Assembly (NCBI RefSeq): GCF_000400465.1
Contig: NW_008806282.1
Coordinates: 144,001 to 268,000, forward strand
Reading direction: 5' to 3'
DNA length: 124,000 bases
From: Wallemia ichthyophaga EXF-994
Taxonomy: Eukaryota; Fungi; Basidiomycota
How positions within the stretch are numbered: position 1 is the stretch's first letter; each line of letters starts with the position of its first letter. Below, one piece after another: positions 1-12,687 of this stretch. The notes under the pieces are model-generated. The model saw only the letters and a list, made by a program, of their open reading frames with translations. It was not told the DNA's origin and did not search any database. A program made the translations under genes and the position numbers.

Positions 1-1511
1 GTGGTAGTGGCAGTAGCAGCAGCTCTAATAACACCCCCCACACCTCCGCTACAGACATTCTCCAGCAGCGAAGACACCTCGGCGGACGGCGGAACGAGGG
101 GCGCGTGTGGACTATACAGCACAGCCACCAACACGCTCCAAGCACACCCACCACTGAGCATGTCCTTATTCCTCTGCCGGCGCTGGAGAAAGTGGATGTG
201 GTTGAGTGGAGTGACGGTGACGGCGATCGGGAGAGTTGGTCCAAACACGCACACGCACACCACTCCCAACTCACCGACGAAGCTGTCGCGTCGCACGACC
301 TGATTATCGATAATGGGCCAGCAAGTGCGTATCTCCGCGGCTTGTTCGGCGATCGGCCACGAACAATAAGTATAAACGGGCGCAACGAGCTCGCAGTAGA
401 TGCGACAGGTGCTCTCGGTGCTCTTGATGCGTTTGAAGCGAAGGACGTAAATGGGTATACGCGACTGACGGATTCCTCCAACATACGAAAGTTGAAGCAA
501 GTGTTAGTGGGTGATATGCGAGTAGCAGAACGAGAAGCGCACGCTGTGCACGCAGTCAAACTGGCACTCAGCGCGACAGACAGAGTGCTGCGCACGAAAG
601 AGCACGTTCTAGCGTCGATGGAGAGGGAGAGTGAGGTATGCGTGGAGGAGACAGAAGGGGAATGCGCCAAACTCCTCCAACATTTCCCGTCGTCTACTCA
701 CATTCAACACGATCATACAGTCTCGTTGCACAAGGCACTCGCAATGCTCAGGTCTTTCCCAGTCGCTCTCCTCCCTATACGCATAGACGACCTGGGTGCG
801 TTTGTGGAAGGGATACTCAACAAACATTTCGCTGACACCCTCGCACTCGAATATGCCGCCTTTGATGGCGCTGTTGCCCAGACTAATGCGCGCGTTCACC
901 ACCTCGCACATGAACAGCTGGAGCGCGCGGGTAAGCGGAGTGTAGAGGGTATAGAGGGTTTAGATACAAATGAAGATAAGGATATGCCTCTGCACCTGCA
1001 CACAGCCATCCACCAAAACAACTTGGGCAGAAACGCGTCTGCACTTGCATCAGCACCTTCCACAGACAGCCGCAGTATAGCGCAGCGCACACTCAATACT
1101 CTCACACAGCCAGGTGGCTTGCCTGACAGTATAGCGGCGCGGATGCAGGCAGCGCTTGTGCGCGCGTACGGGGGTGTTTTGTCCACAAGTGCACTGGGGT
1201 ATGCAGGCGCTATGGGTGAGTGGTGCACAACTCAGTCAGCAGTTGGTCTAGCTGTTTTAGGTGGCGTGTGGAGCGTCAAGCATGTGCTCACCAAGTGGAC
1301 TACCTCGGTTGGGATGTTTGAAAGTAGCTGGAAGAGGGGCTATGCGCTGATAGAGGCGGAAAGCGAGGACTATAAACAGACAGTCAGAGCTGGGATGATG
1401 AAAGATGCGCGTTTCGTAGATGCCGTTGTGAGACAACACGTGAATAGACACAGGCACCAACTGGAAGATTTGCAGAAAGAGGTGGAAGGAGTGAGGAAGG
1501 AGTATTTGTAG
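1..1511 (+). CDS. Partial gene (5' end probably outside window); conserved fungal protein, possibly Mmc1-like with C-terminal membrane hairpin
   Basis: 468-aa ORF 105..1511. C-terminal hydrophobic segment (AVGLAVLGGVWSVKHVLTKW) followed by W-rich coiled-coil, as recalled for Mmc1_C proteins. Confidence 0.45.
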   Translation, partial: GSGSSSSSNNTPHTSATDILQQRRHLGGRRNEGRVWTIQHSHQHAPSTPTTEHVLIPLPALEKVDVVEWSDGDGDRESWSKHAHAHHSQLTDEAVASHDLIIDNGPASAYLRGLFGDRPRTISINGRNELAVDATGALGALDAFEAKDVNGYTRLTDSSNIRKLKQVLVGDMRVAEREAHAVHAVKLALSATDRVLRTKEHVLASMERESEVCVEETEGECAKLLQHFPSSTHIQHDHTVSLHKALAMLRSFPVALLPIRIDDLGAFVEGILNKHFADTLALEYAAFDGAVAQTNARVHHLAHEQLERAGKRSVEGIEGLDTNEDKDMPLHLHTAIHQNNLGRNASALASAPSTDSRSIAQRTLNTLTQPGGLPDSIAARMQAALVRAYGGVLSTSALGYAGAMGEWCTTQSAVGLAVLGGVWSVKHVLTKWTTSVGMFESSWKRGYALIEAESEDYKQTVRAGMMKDARFVDAVVRQHVNRHRHQLEDLQKEVEGVRKEYL

Positions 1512-1612
1512 GGTGATTTGGGTGTATAGATGAATGAATAGAAATGATTTGATTTGGTTGGTCGGCTAAGTTTTAGTGGGATCGAGAATCCACCACCTTC
1601 TCTGTTTGTGCA

Positions 1613-2443
1613 ATGCCATCATCATCCGCAACGAAGAAGACAGCGAAGAAAACAGCGAAGAGTGATCAGTCTATGGCACCTTCTAAACCACCATCTAAAG
1701 CACCTAAAACACAGCCCAAGAGCATCCTCAAGAAGAAGGAGGCGGTACAAGAGCCGAGCAGCGAAGACGGGGAGAGTGATGAGGGTGACGTGGAGGGCGA
1801 CAGCGAGAGTGATTTAGACAGCGATGTAGACGCAGACTCTGATGCCTCCGCGTCGTCCGCCTCCTCTGGATCATACACCACGCTCAAACCAAAGAAACGC
1901 AAGCGCAAGAATAACGAAACAGAGGCAAACACTTTCGCTAGTGCCCTCACAAACCTCGCAGACACCTCAGCCACATCGGCGAAAAACCTCGAAATTCTCC
2001 CGCAAGCCAACAAATCACTCAAGAAGCACAGGATGCAATTGAAGGCGCAAAAAGTGTTGCGTGACGAGGCCAAACACAAGGAAGATATTGGCAGAGTGCG
2101 CGATGTTGTTAGTGGCTGGGCTGTGCCGTCAACGGTGATCAAGGGGGGTGAAGGAGGTGCAGACGCAGACAACGCAGTAAACGCACATGTTGACTCCGGC
2201 GCCGCCAAGGAAAAGAGACTGAGGAAGGTGGCACAGAAAGGTGTCGTGCGCCTATTCAACGCAATTCTCGCAGCTCAGAAAGCAGAGAGTGGCGCTAAAG
2301 TGGTTGATAAGGAGAAGGATAGGGGACTGGGTAAGCAGAGGCTTGAAGCACCCGCTAATTTCCCATCGCAAAACAAGAAGCAGGCTAAGAACACAGACAC
2401 TGTAGCCAAGAATGCTTTCATGGATGCCATACGTAAGGGATGA
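1613..2443 (+). CDS. RRP15: 60S ribosome biogenesis protein Rrp15
   Basis: Acidic/Lys-rich N-terminus and the Rrp15 signature EKRLRKVAQKGVVRLFNAILAAQ; ends FMDAIRKG. Confidence 0.9.
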   Translation: MPSSSATKKTAKKTAKSDQSMAPSKPPSKAPKTQPKSILKKKEAVQEPSSEDGESDEGDVEGDSESDLDSDVDADSDASASSASSGSYTTLKPKKRKRKNNETEANTFASALTNLADTSATSAKNLEILPQANKSLKKHRMQLKAQKVLRDEAKHKEDIGRVRDVVSGWAVPSTVIKGGEGGADADNAVNAHVDSGAAKEKRLRKVAQKGVVRLFNAILAAQKAESGAKVVDKEKDRGLGKQRLEAPANFPSQNKKQAKNTDTVAKNAFMDAIRKG

Positions 2444-2633
2444 ATATTTTGTAGAATTATAATTTTGATTTTTTTTTATGCTAAATTCTTATCTAATGAC
2501 GCCATTTGTAAAACTCCTAAACTCCGGCGCTCGAGTGAAATGCCGGGGTTGACTGAGACGACCATCAGATGACGCGGGATAATGGGGAAAATAAAAGAAC
2601 GAGTGGAATAAAACAGCCGGTTTAAGTTTTACA

Positions 2634-4572
2634 ATGAAGCACATATTCAACGATCCAAATGAGCTCCTCAAATGCGCCATCAATGCTCAGCCAACCCTCA
2701 ATCCTTCCCTCGCAGTAGACGTGGCCCAGGGCGTCGTATACGATACACATTCACCCACACCGCACAGGCGTGTTTCTGTTATCGCAGGCGGTGGCTCTGG
2801 TCATGAACCCGCGCATGTATCGCTCGTTGGTGGGTAAGAGTGTACATCCGGCAGAACTCAGCTCATACGCAATCACAGGCACTGGTATTCTCCAAGCCAG
2901 CGTCTCTGGCCACATATTCGCCAGCCCCTCTTCCACGCACATCCTCCACGCCATACAGCGCACACCACCCACCCACGCCATCCTCCTCATTATCAACCAA
3001 TACACAGGCGACAAGCTTAACTTCAACCGCGCTGCACAGAAGGCGCGCTACGATGGTCGCGTCGTGCATACAGTCACTGTCGGAGACGATGTCTCACTTT
3101 CCCCCACAGCCATCGCCAAAGTTGGGCGCAGGGGGCTCACAGCAAACCCTCTCGTCTGCAAGGTGGCTGGAGCGGCGGCCGAGCGTGGGCTGGATGTGGA
3201 GGCAGTGCAGCTTATTAGCGAGGCGGTAGCTGCGAATGTCGCCACTATAGGAGCGTCGCCCCAACACTGCCATGTTCCAGGTCGAGAGAGGGCGCAGGAC
3301 GAGTCCACCGATAACTCCTTATATGTGGAACTGGGTCTCGGTATCCACAACGAGCCTGGGGCTAAGAAGGTGGTTGACAATTCACACTCTCCACACACCC
3401 ATCTCATTCAAGATATGCTCCTTAGAATCCTCTCCTCCCCTTACACAGCCTTTGGTGATGAGGACGACGTTATACTCGTCGTTAATAACCTGGGCGGCCT
3501 CTCGCTTGTCGAGCTGTATGGTGTGGTGGGGGTCGCTAGTGAGGTGCTCACCAGACAACACGCTATTCACCCCCTTCATACCCTCGTAGGATCATTCATG
3601 ACCAGCCTCAACATGCCCGGCTTCTCCCTCTCCCTCCTCAACGTCACCCGCGCAGATAGCGTGTGTGGCGGTGTCGGCGGTGTTAGCGTGGTTGATCTGC
3701 TGTACGACCCCACAGCCGTGACGGCATGGCCAGCTATGAGTATGGGCAAAAATACAAGTATCGAGCAGGAAGAGAGGCAGGAGAGGGTGGAGGATGGGTA
3801 TGATGTCGGAGCTGAGGTTGAGACTAAGACTGAGCAGAACAAGACACACGACAAAGTGAACCTTGAAGCGCAACCATCCACACTCACACCACACTCAAGA
3901 CTCATCGCTCAAGCAGTACACAGCGCATGCGACGCCGTCCTCGCAGCTGAACCCGATCTAACGCACTGGGACACGCTCGTCGGCGACGGCGACTGCGGTA
4001 CGACATTCTCGGGCGGTGCATCAGCCATCAAGGCAGCTCTCGCAGCAGACAGGCTCCCGCTCACACATCCAGCCCCACTCTTTTACTCCCTCTCCCTCCT
4101 CGTCGAATCAAGTATGGGCGGTACGGCTGGTGCGCTGTTCGCGCTGTATTTTGGTGCACTCAGTAATGCGCTGAGCGGGGCAAACGACGTGGGTGAGGCG
4201 AATGCGAGTGTGGATGTCGACTGGAGTGTGCATCTCACATCCGCTGCTCTAACTGCCCTCGACGAACTGCGGTTGTTTACTCCCGCTCAAGTCGGTGATA
4301 GGACGCTCATGGATGCTCTCATCCCCTTCTCCAGCGCGCTCGAGAGTGGGCTGGGTATCGCCGTCGCAGCTCAGCACGCTAGGAAGGGTGCTGAAGAGAC
4401 GGCTTTTATGGTTGCTACTCTTGGACGAGCTGCTTATTGCACTGATTATGCAGATGGCTCTGACGTTAATGACAAGGACAACACTCACAACAATAAAACC
4501 CCCAATATTCCAGATCCTGGCGCTATGGGTGTGAGCGCTATCATTGGCGGTATAGCAGGTTGTTTTAATTAA
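2634..4572 (+). CDS. DAK1: Dihydroxyacetone kinase (Dak1 + Dak2 domains)
   Basis: MKH..N, GGGSGHEPAH, NQYTGDKLNF, KVGRRGL, ELGLGIHNEPG, D..VGDGDCG, GDRTLMDAL, PDPGA motifs; one intron near 2835-2885. Confidence 0.95.
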
Positions 4573-4654
4573 CGTGCTTGTATGCTTTGAATACCATGGA
4601 TAATTTCTTTCTGTCTAAAAATACAATAGGGTGCCATCGCACCATATAAACCTC

Positions 4655-5793
<1,139 letters not shown>

Positions 5794-5930
5794 TTGGCCG
5801 CTTGAGCCACCCTCCCCCTCAGCTATTGTAATATCAATTGTACACTAATTTCATACCACTTTGAATATTCTTAAGGGTACCTAACCTGAATATGTATAAA
5901 CGTAAATCCCCGCCTTAGTTTGTGATTGAA

Positions 5931-7466
5931 ATGCTCACATCACGTGAACCGCAACTGTCATCATCGATAAGCAAGATAACACGGATAAGCGTGGAATTGG
6001 ATATGTGATGGGATTTATGCGGTGAGTTGCGTTTCAAGGGAATTGTAACCCACTCACACACCTCTATCCAGACGAGCAGAAGAAGTCGAGCTGCTACAGC
6101 TACAAGATTCAGATAACCCGTACTTGATTTATCAGCCACCATTCGCATACTCGCTGCCGTCTCAAATGCTCGTTATCGGAATCGTACTCACTCTATGCAC
6201 CGTTCTGCTCTCACACCTCTCTTTCACAGCGCAATACCACTTTCCACTATCAAAGCTCAACTTTCTTTTACAAACGCTGGCTGTCCTCAGTCTCCTTACA
6301 AAGGTTTCCGCTGAATTGGCCCTGGCCTCTATCAAGCTTTACGACATTTCCTCAATTTGGCCTTATATGTTTGAATACACGGCTATTGACATACCTTACA
6401 TTGAATGGGATGTTTGGAAGACTGGCGCGTGGCTAGCGATGTTAGCTATAGTCTCAGCACTTGTCAATGTGGGTGGTTTCTATTTTTAGCACTGAGATCA
6501 CTAATGTCTCACCCCTCACAGCTCACCCACATACAATTCCTCACTCTCCTCTTCCCTTCAGATCTCGAGCAGCTGCTAATATTCACTATTCTTGGCCCTT
6601 TAGCCGTCGTTGGCGCTGCTCTCACCTTCTGCGACCTCAGCAGCTCTGACTCCACTATCAAGACCGCAGAGTCAATTAAGAATGTTTGCAACTCTACACT
6701 CACCCTTCTCTTCACTGCCGCTTTGATTATCTGGGGTGGCGTTATCAATCGTCGCCGTGCTTGGAGGACTGACGGTGGCACTGCTGCCTTTGGTGTTTTT
6801 GCTATAGCCTTGGCTGTTCTTGGTACAGCTGTAAACTTTCTCATCGTCAAAGAAGATGAAGTTCCTTGGTTACAGTCGGTTGAATGGGCTATCGTTATGT
6901 GGCAGTCCTGGCTCGGTTTCTGGTGGTGGGTTGGCGCCGGTATGGGCATTGGTGAGGTCGAAGATAGACGCGCACGTAAAACCAAGAAGCAGAAACTCAA
7001 ACGACGTAACAAGAATCGCACAGTCGAATCTCAAGTTGAATCCATGTTCACTGATAATGGTGAGAATCAAGCCGTCAAACGTAGATGGCGGAGTAGTCAC
7101 AATAACACAAACAATATTCATAACACCCCTCAAACTTCCTCGTCAGACTCACCTGAAACTTCCTCAGATACCTTCCTCTTCAGATTCTCGCCCAGCTATC
7201 TCGTTAGTTATGTGTATAATAGTCTCAAACGCGCACACAACGCAGCTGCAAGAATACAAGCAAAAGAATACAAAAAGAAGCAAGAACAACATGAGAGGAG
7301 ATGGGGTCCAGGTGAATTCGCCATGTCCTCAATAAACCCTATTCCTCAACATTCTCAACTCTCAACGACGGATGAGGACACTGAGGCTCTCAAGTCGGAA
7401 AGAGGTGAAAGGAGCTGGTTTAAGTGGTCGGAGAGGTTTCGACGGCGAAGAGCTGATGAGTGGTGA
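5931..7466 (+). CDS. 7-TM pH-response sensor, PalH/Rim21-domain, Rra1-like (start uncertain, several introns)
   Basis: Multiple hydrophobic helices, RRAWRTDGGTAAFG motif, and a basic charged tail (RRARKTKKQKLKRR) after the last TM. Confidence 0.7.
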
Positions 7467-7615
7467 TTATGAGTACTAGTCAGTGATAGTGTTGGACAAA
7501 ATCAAGACTCAATGAAGGTTCAATGAAGACTCGATATCCGGATAATATACGTTATGAGTTTTGTATAAGTAGTGTAGTATGCATCTTAGAAATATAAATA
7601 TGTTCACTCTCACTC

Positions 7616-8377
7616 TCAATCCTCTTTAAGCAACTTGAGTTTGTCGTGTACACCCCCATGATCATCCTCATCACCCTCCTCCTTGATATCGCCAATCTCG
7701 TCCGCCTTACGCTTCCTGCTAGTCGGATCATCCTCATCGTCGATCAATTCAACCTTGACGTGATTATAAACCCACCACACATTGAAATAGTTGCTACCAA
7801 CCTGTATAGATTTTTTATCAAGCTTGCTGGGTATTTCAGGCAGTGGATATTCCAATTTCTGATTACGACGACGTGGATCACGCAAATTGGAAGCGCCTCT
7901 AAGATGAAATTTGAGATGTTTAGTGATATTTTGTGTACCTACGCTGATCCACTTGACAGAATGTTCCAAGCGATTGATTTCCTTTTTGAACTCCTTACTA
8001 TCGAAATGAGCGTAGACGAGCGAGTACATCCGTTTATCACATTTACGCGCTAGCTTTGCAAGTTCTTCACTTTGGTCTGCGCGCGCTAGCAAGTTCTGCC
8101 ATTGGTGGACACCTTCGTACTTTTCAATCGCTTCGGGACTGTCCATTAGCACGTAGACGAGTATCACATTGAGTGGACCCCATTCAGGGAATTTTATACA
8201 GCTTATTGAATCCGTGTGCAGAAATTTACTTAGCCAGTCGCACAATTCATTCTCTGCCCACAATTTGCGATCGCCTGGATGATTGTCCTGCTCCAGTGGC
8301 GGGAATGGATTCACTATAAAGAATATCGTCTCCTGGTTCTTGTATTTCTTCTTCCATGGCTTCTTCTCGACGAGCAT
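7616..8377 (-). CDS. Hypothetical protein (orphan), acidic/basic C-terminus
   Basis: 253-codon open frame with no recognised motif; true start uncertain. Confidence 0.5.
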   Translation of the reverse strand: MLVEKKPWKKKYKNQETIFFIVNPFPPLEQDNHPGDRKLWAENELCDWLSKFLHTDSISCIKFPEWGPLNVILVYVLMDSPEAIEKYEGVHQWQNLLARADQSEELAKLARKCDKRMYSLVYAHFDSKEFKKEINRLEHSVKWISVGTQNITKHLKFHLRGASNLRDPRRRNQKLEYPLPEIPSKLDKKSIQVGSNYFNVWWVYNHVKVELIDDEDDPTSRKRKADEIGDIKEEGDEDDHGGVHDKLKLLKED

Positions 8378-8472
8378 TTTTCGGTGGATGGGTTGTGGTC
8401 GGTGATCTCATTATAGACATAGATAAAAGAAATGAAAATTGGCATATCTCAATTTTTCAGCTGTTTGTACAT

Positions 8473-11434
8473 TCATCCAACTATCTCGAAATCATCGCGC
8501 ACTCTCACAAGCGGCTTCTTGATCGTCAACAAACTAGCCCTGCCTTCCTCACCACCCGAAGCCGCCACTCCCTCTTTCCAGGTGAACTGCAGTAATTGTC
8601 CACTCGTGATGACCTCTTCTGGCTTCTCCTTCAACCCAAGCACCTGAATCCTTTCAATCTCAATCTCCTCGCCCTCCGTAAACGACATGCCTGGCTCTAA
8701 TTGCGTGCTTCTCAACGCCCATCCTCCTCTGACATCGCTACTGATGCTACTGAAGGTGAAATTTCTATCGATGAAAGCATCACGGGTGTAGTCGAAAGAA
8801 TGCCCGTCATCCAGATACACCCTACCTTGAGCTTCGCCATAGTGATCGAGGGCTATAGTGAGGGTGAGTGGATCGCGAACCATCAGACTAGCCGACCGTC
8901 TAGCGCGTTCCCGTGTAGGTATAATACTCCCGCCCCTAATAAACAGCGGGAGGGTATCTAATTGAGTGGGTATATTGAGAGTGCGATGAATGTGTTCCTT
9001 CGCGAAGCTGATTTGGTGGGTAAAGTAGTCATAGTAAGGCTGAGATCAGCGTCAGTAACAAGCTTAACACACCGAACACAACAAACTCACCTCATCGCCA
9101 CCCAAATATACACCCACGCTCTGCGCATCCTCTTGCACGACAGGCTTCACGAGCAACTCAGCCGCAGCACCGACGTAGAACTGATCATCGATGTCATACC
9201 CCGCTTCATCGCCCGGATGTACCAAGAACTGTGGCCGTATCACCGGCATCCCGTTGCGCGTGCTCGACCTGAATGCCGTGTACCACAACGGGAGAAGGGT
9301 GTAGCGCAGACGGAGCACATCGCGCACAATACTCCGATATGGCTCGCTCAGTGTGTGTGGCTCGCGTCGTTTCGTGTCAATGTGCGCATGCGCTCGGAAA
9401 AAGGGATGGAATGCTCCAGTCTGGTACCATCGCACGAGATATTGCGCAGAGGGGTCGCCGAAAAACCCTCCAACATCCGCACCCGTCAACATTATTCCGG
9501 AAATACTGTTGGCGAGATTCATTGGTGTCGCGCTGCGTAGATGCTCCCACGTGCCGAGGTTATCCCCCGTCCACACCGCACCGAAACGCTGGCTACCGGC
9601 GAAAAATGACCGAGAGAGTACGAAGCTTCGCTCGTTGACTTCCCCTCTTTTTTCTAACCCCTGCGCGGTAAGATTGGTGAAGAGGAGCCCGTTCATGTTG
9701 TGTATGTCGCGGTGCTCGACGTTGCCGTGGAATAGTACATCTTTTGGCATGGTGATTTCAGGCCCATTGAATACAGTGGGCTCGTTCATATCCACCCAAG
9801 TAAACAGATTGCGCGTTGAGTCCTGTGTCGTGTGTTTGAGTGTTGAACGTCATGCGATGCATACTTTCGCTCACCTTCCACTTTTCGAAGCTGAATAGAG
9901 AAATCCACCAGTCCCAGGCTGCGGGGTTGAGCCTGTTGTCGTGAACATGTGAGTAAGTGAGTGGGGATGTGCGAATGAATAGCACCCACATATCTACCCA
10001 CGAAGACGCACCTGCCCAGCACCACCCTTCATACTCAGACTGTCCATCGGGGCGCTTGACCAGCAGCCCTCTATCACTGGCTTCTTGGTAAACGTAAAAA
10101 TTCTCATCGCGGCTTAGATGAGGATCGATAATATTCACCGTCTTGCGCCCAGTCGCTGCGATGCTCTCAATCATATCGACAGGATCAGGGAACTTCCTCT
10201 TATCCCACAGGAAATACTTGTGGCCTTCAGCGTACTCTATATCAAGCCAGAGAACGTCTACAGGCGCATCAATGGAATCGAATCCATCAACAACGCCCAG
10301 CATATCCTTCGACGTGAAGTAGTTCCATCTGCACTGGTGATGTCCAAGGGCGAACTGCTGCGGCAGCTGTACTACACCTGTGAGAGAAGCGTACTGAGCG
10401 AACACATCCTCGACCGACGGACCTGGTATCAAAAAGAGATCAATAATTCCACTCTCGCCCATCCACTGGGTCGAAGTGGAGTGATTCGAGGGATGTTTCA
10501 CATCGATCCACATCTCACTCGCCGAGAGGAGGAAGACAGCGAGAGAGGAGCGCGATGAATGGGCGTGCATCAGCGGCACAGATCCATACAGTGCCATCGG
10601 GGAGCTGGCTTCGTACTCAAACACATCAAGGTTGTACAGCCGATATGGCTCCGTGTACGGCGGTGAGTTGTCGACATATGGCGTGCGCCGTGGTGATGTG
10701 CCGTCTGTAGGTGGAAGTGCGAGCGGTGCTGCGTGCTCCGGTATGCCGTATATATGCGCATGCGACGGGAAGTCAATGTCGAGCGAGAATGCCTGTGGTC
10801 CTTTAGGCTTGGAGTCGGGTTTGTGGTTGAAAGTTTCCTCCCACATTCCCTCTACTCTGGTATCGTCGGTGTCGCTGCGTCGTCTGTAGTGCTCCATGTG
10901 CAGCAAATCATTTGCGTTTATGTCGACGAGTGTCTCACCCGTTGCTGTGTTCCGGAGAGTGAGTCTGAGGGGGTTGTGCTGCACGGTAAATTCAAGTTGC
11001 TGGTGAGTGGAGGTACGGAAACAGAGCACGTCTGTATCGCGAGTGGATTTGACGTCGATGGCGGATGACGCCATCAGATCTGGTTCAGCGATGAGAACAT
11101 ACGAAGCTGTCTGATTGTAGCGCTGATAGATCCCGCCAATCTCATCGATCCTTAGCCTGGGCAAGCCATTTGCTAGTATGTCCACCTGCAACCCAAAGTT
11201 GACATGCGGCGGGGCGAGAAGATTCTTCATACTCCAAGCGAATGTGGCTAACTCTGGCTGTAGACGAGTAGCCGGGGACTGCAACACATACGCTGACTGT
11301 GTGTTCTCATCTCCACCATTTCGCAATCTGCGGCAGAATGAAGATTGATGACATTGCTTGAAATCGTGCTGCTTGACGGGTGCGACGGTGTGAAGGAAAA
11401 GCACTAAAGTGAGAAAGACGATTGACCACCTCAT
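8473..11434 (-). CDS. ROT2: ER glucosidase II alpha subunit (GH31)
   Basis: Signal peptide then VK..DFK.C.QS.FCRR; DVLWLDIEY, W.DMNEPTVF, GAVWTGDN, QTGAFHPFFRAHAH; several introns. Confidence 0.95.
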
Positions 11435-11721
11435 CGTGGTTGAGTAGATACCTCCATGGCGGCAACCACCGCGGCAACGACGCCGAGAACGGCAAAAACA
11501 CAGCATCCGACGTCCAATACACCTACAGCCACTCTAGCGCGTTTGATTTGGCGTGGCTGTCTGTCATTCCAGGGCTGGCCACTTGAAGGTGTGTTAGTGC
11601 GCCCACGCTGCCTGGAGCATGTCCAATAACCCCCACAGGCTTCTGCTTTACTACAAATACTTACCCACTTCCCTCCCCCAACATCCACAGCTCCATCGAC
11701 GATCTCACTTTGGCTTTGGAA

Positions 11722-12648
11722 ATGACGCGACATAGACCATTGCGTGTATGCGACAGGCTCAATTTGAATTTAGACAAGTGGATTATAGAAAATACTTACA
11801 TCACAGTGTGGGTAGATCCACGCGCAATTCCTTCAAAAAGGTGGTTAGAACGCGTCTTCGGTGCTTCGTCTTCGACGCATCTACACGCCGTCATCGTATC
11901 GTTGGATGACGTAGCAGATGAGCCAGGTTCGTCTTTGGGAATACACGCGTCACTACTCTCACTCCCCTTCAGATCCGTCTAATGAATTCATTATCTTCCG
12001 CGATAACGCAACTCAATCTCTCAACTTGGGCAGGCGGAAGAAGAAAGTGAGAGAGAGTGCGAATGTCGCAAGGCCAGACGATCCTCTGCCGAGAAGTGTG
12101 TCTGCTCACTCTTCCACTCAATTCTGCCACTAACCATACACACACCAGCCAATGTACCTGCCCAGCCAAAGCTGGCTCCACTCGACAGGCTTAACATGCG
12201 CAAGTCGAGTAGTGAGCTCTCGAGACTATTCCCCTCAAGGCCATCGTCTGAGTCTTCCCGGCGATCTTCAGACAAAGCAATGAAGCCTCCAGAAAGCAAA
12301 CGAAAGAGAAGCTCTCTCATACCAGCTGCAGTAGACGCCATAACAGACTCAGACACAGATGCATCTAAGGACTCTACCGTCTTCGGCACACCATCCAACA
12401 ATCAAACCCAAGCCAATAACAAATCATCCTTCAAAAATCAGATGCTAGCAACATTTGCAAACTACAATCTCAGCCAATCACATCCCGAATTCAACCAACT
12501 TTGGTCGATTTGCATAAAAGGTGTTTCATTCGCATTTAGGCATAGAATCCATACCGATATCATCGACAAAGAGCAGATTGATCAGGTAGTACTGAAACAC
12601 TTGTCCATGTACCTCCCCAACAGACCTTCTGTGAAGGTTGTAAAGTAA
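11722..12648 (+). CDS. Sld7-like protein (Sld7 C-terminal domain)
   Basis: C-terminal SHPEFNQLWSICIKGVSFAFR...VLKHLSMY resembles the recalled Sld7_C pattern; multi-exon, start approximate. Confidence 0.5.
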
Positions 12649-12687
12649 ACAATGTAATATGCATAATTCATCATTTACTAGCATCTT

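Noticed and set aside
1666-2259. 197-aa antisense ORF and many similar long opposite-strand ORFs (e.g. 8962..9540, 35007..35609, 49241..49987)
   Set aside because: They lie antisense to well-supported genes, have low-complexity Ser/Ala/Arg composition and no motifs. These are shadow ORFs of GC-rich coding DNA.
11655-11670. ATACTTACC, resembling the 5' end of U1 snRNA
   Set aside because: No U1 stem-loops or Sm site follow; it reads as a reverse-strand splice-donor-like sequence.
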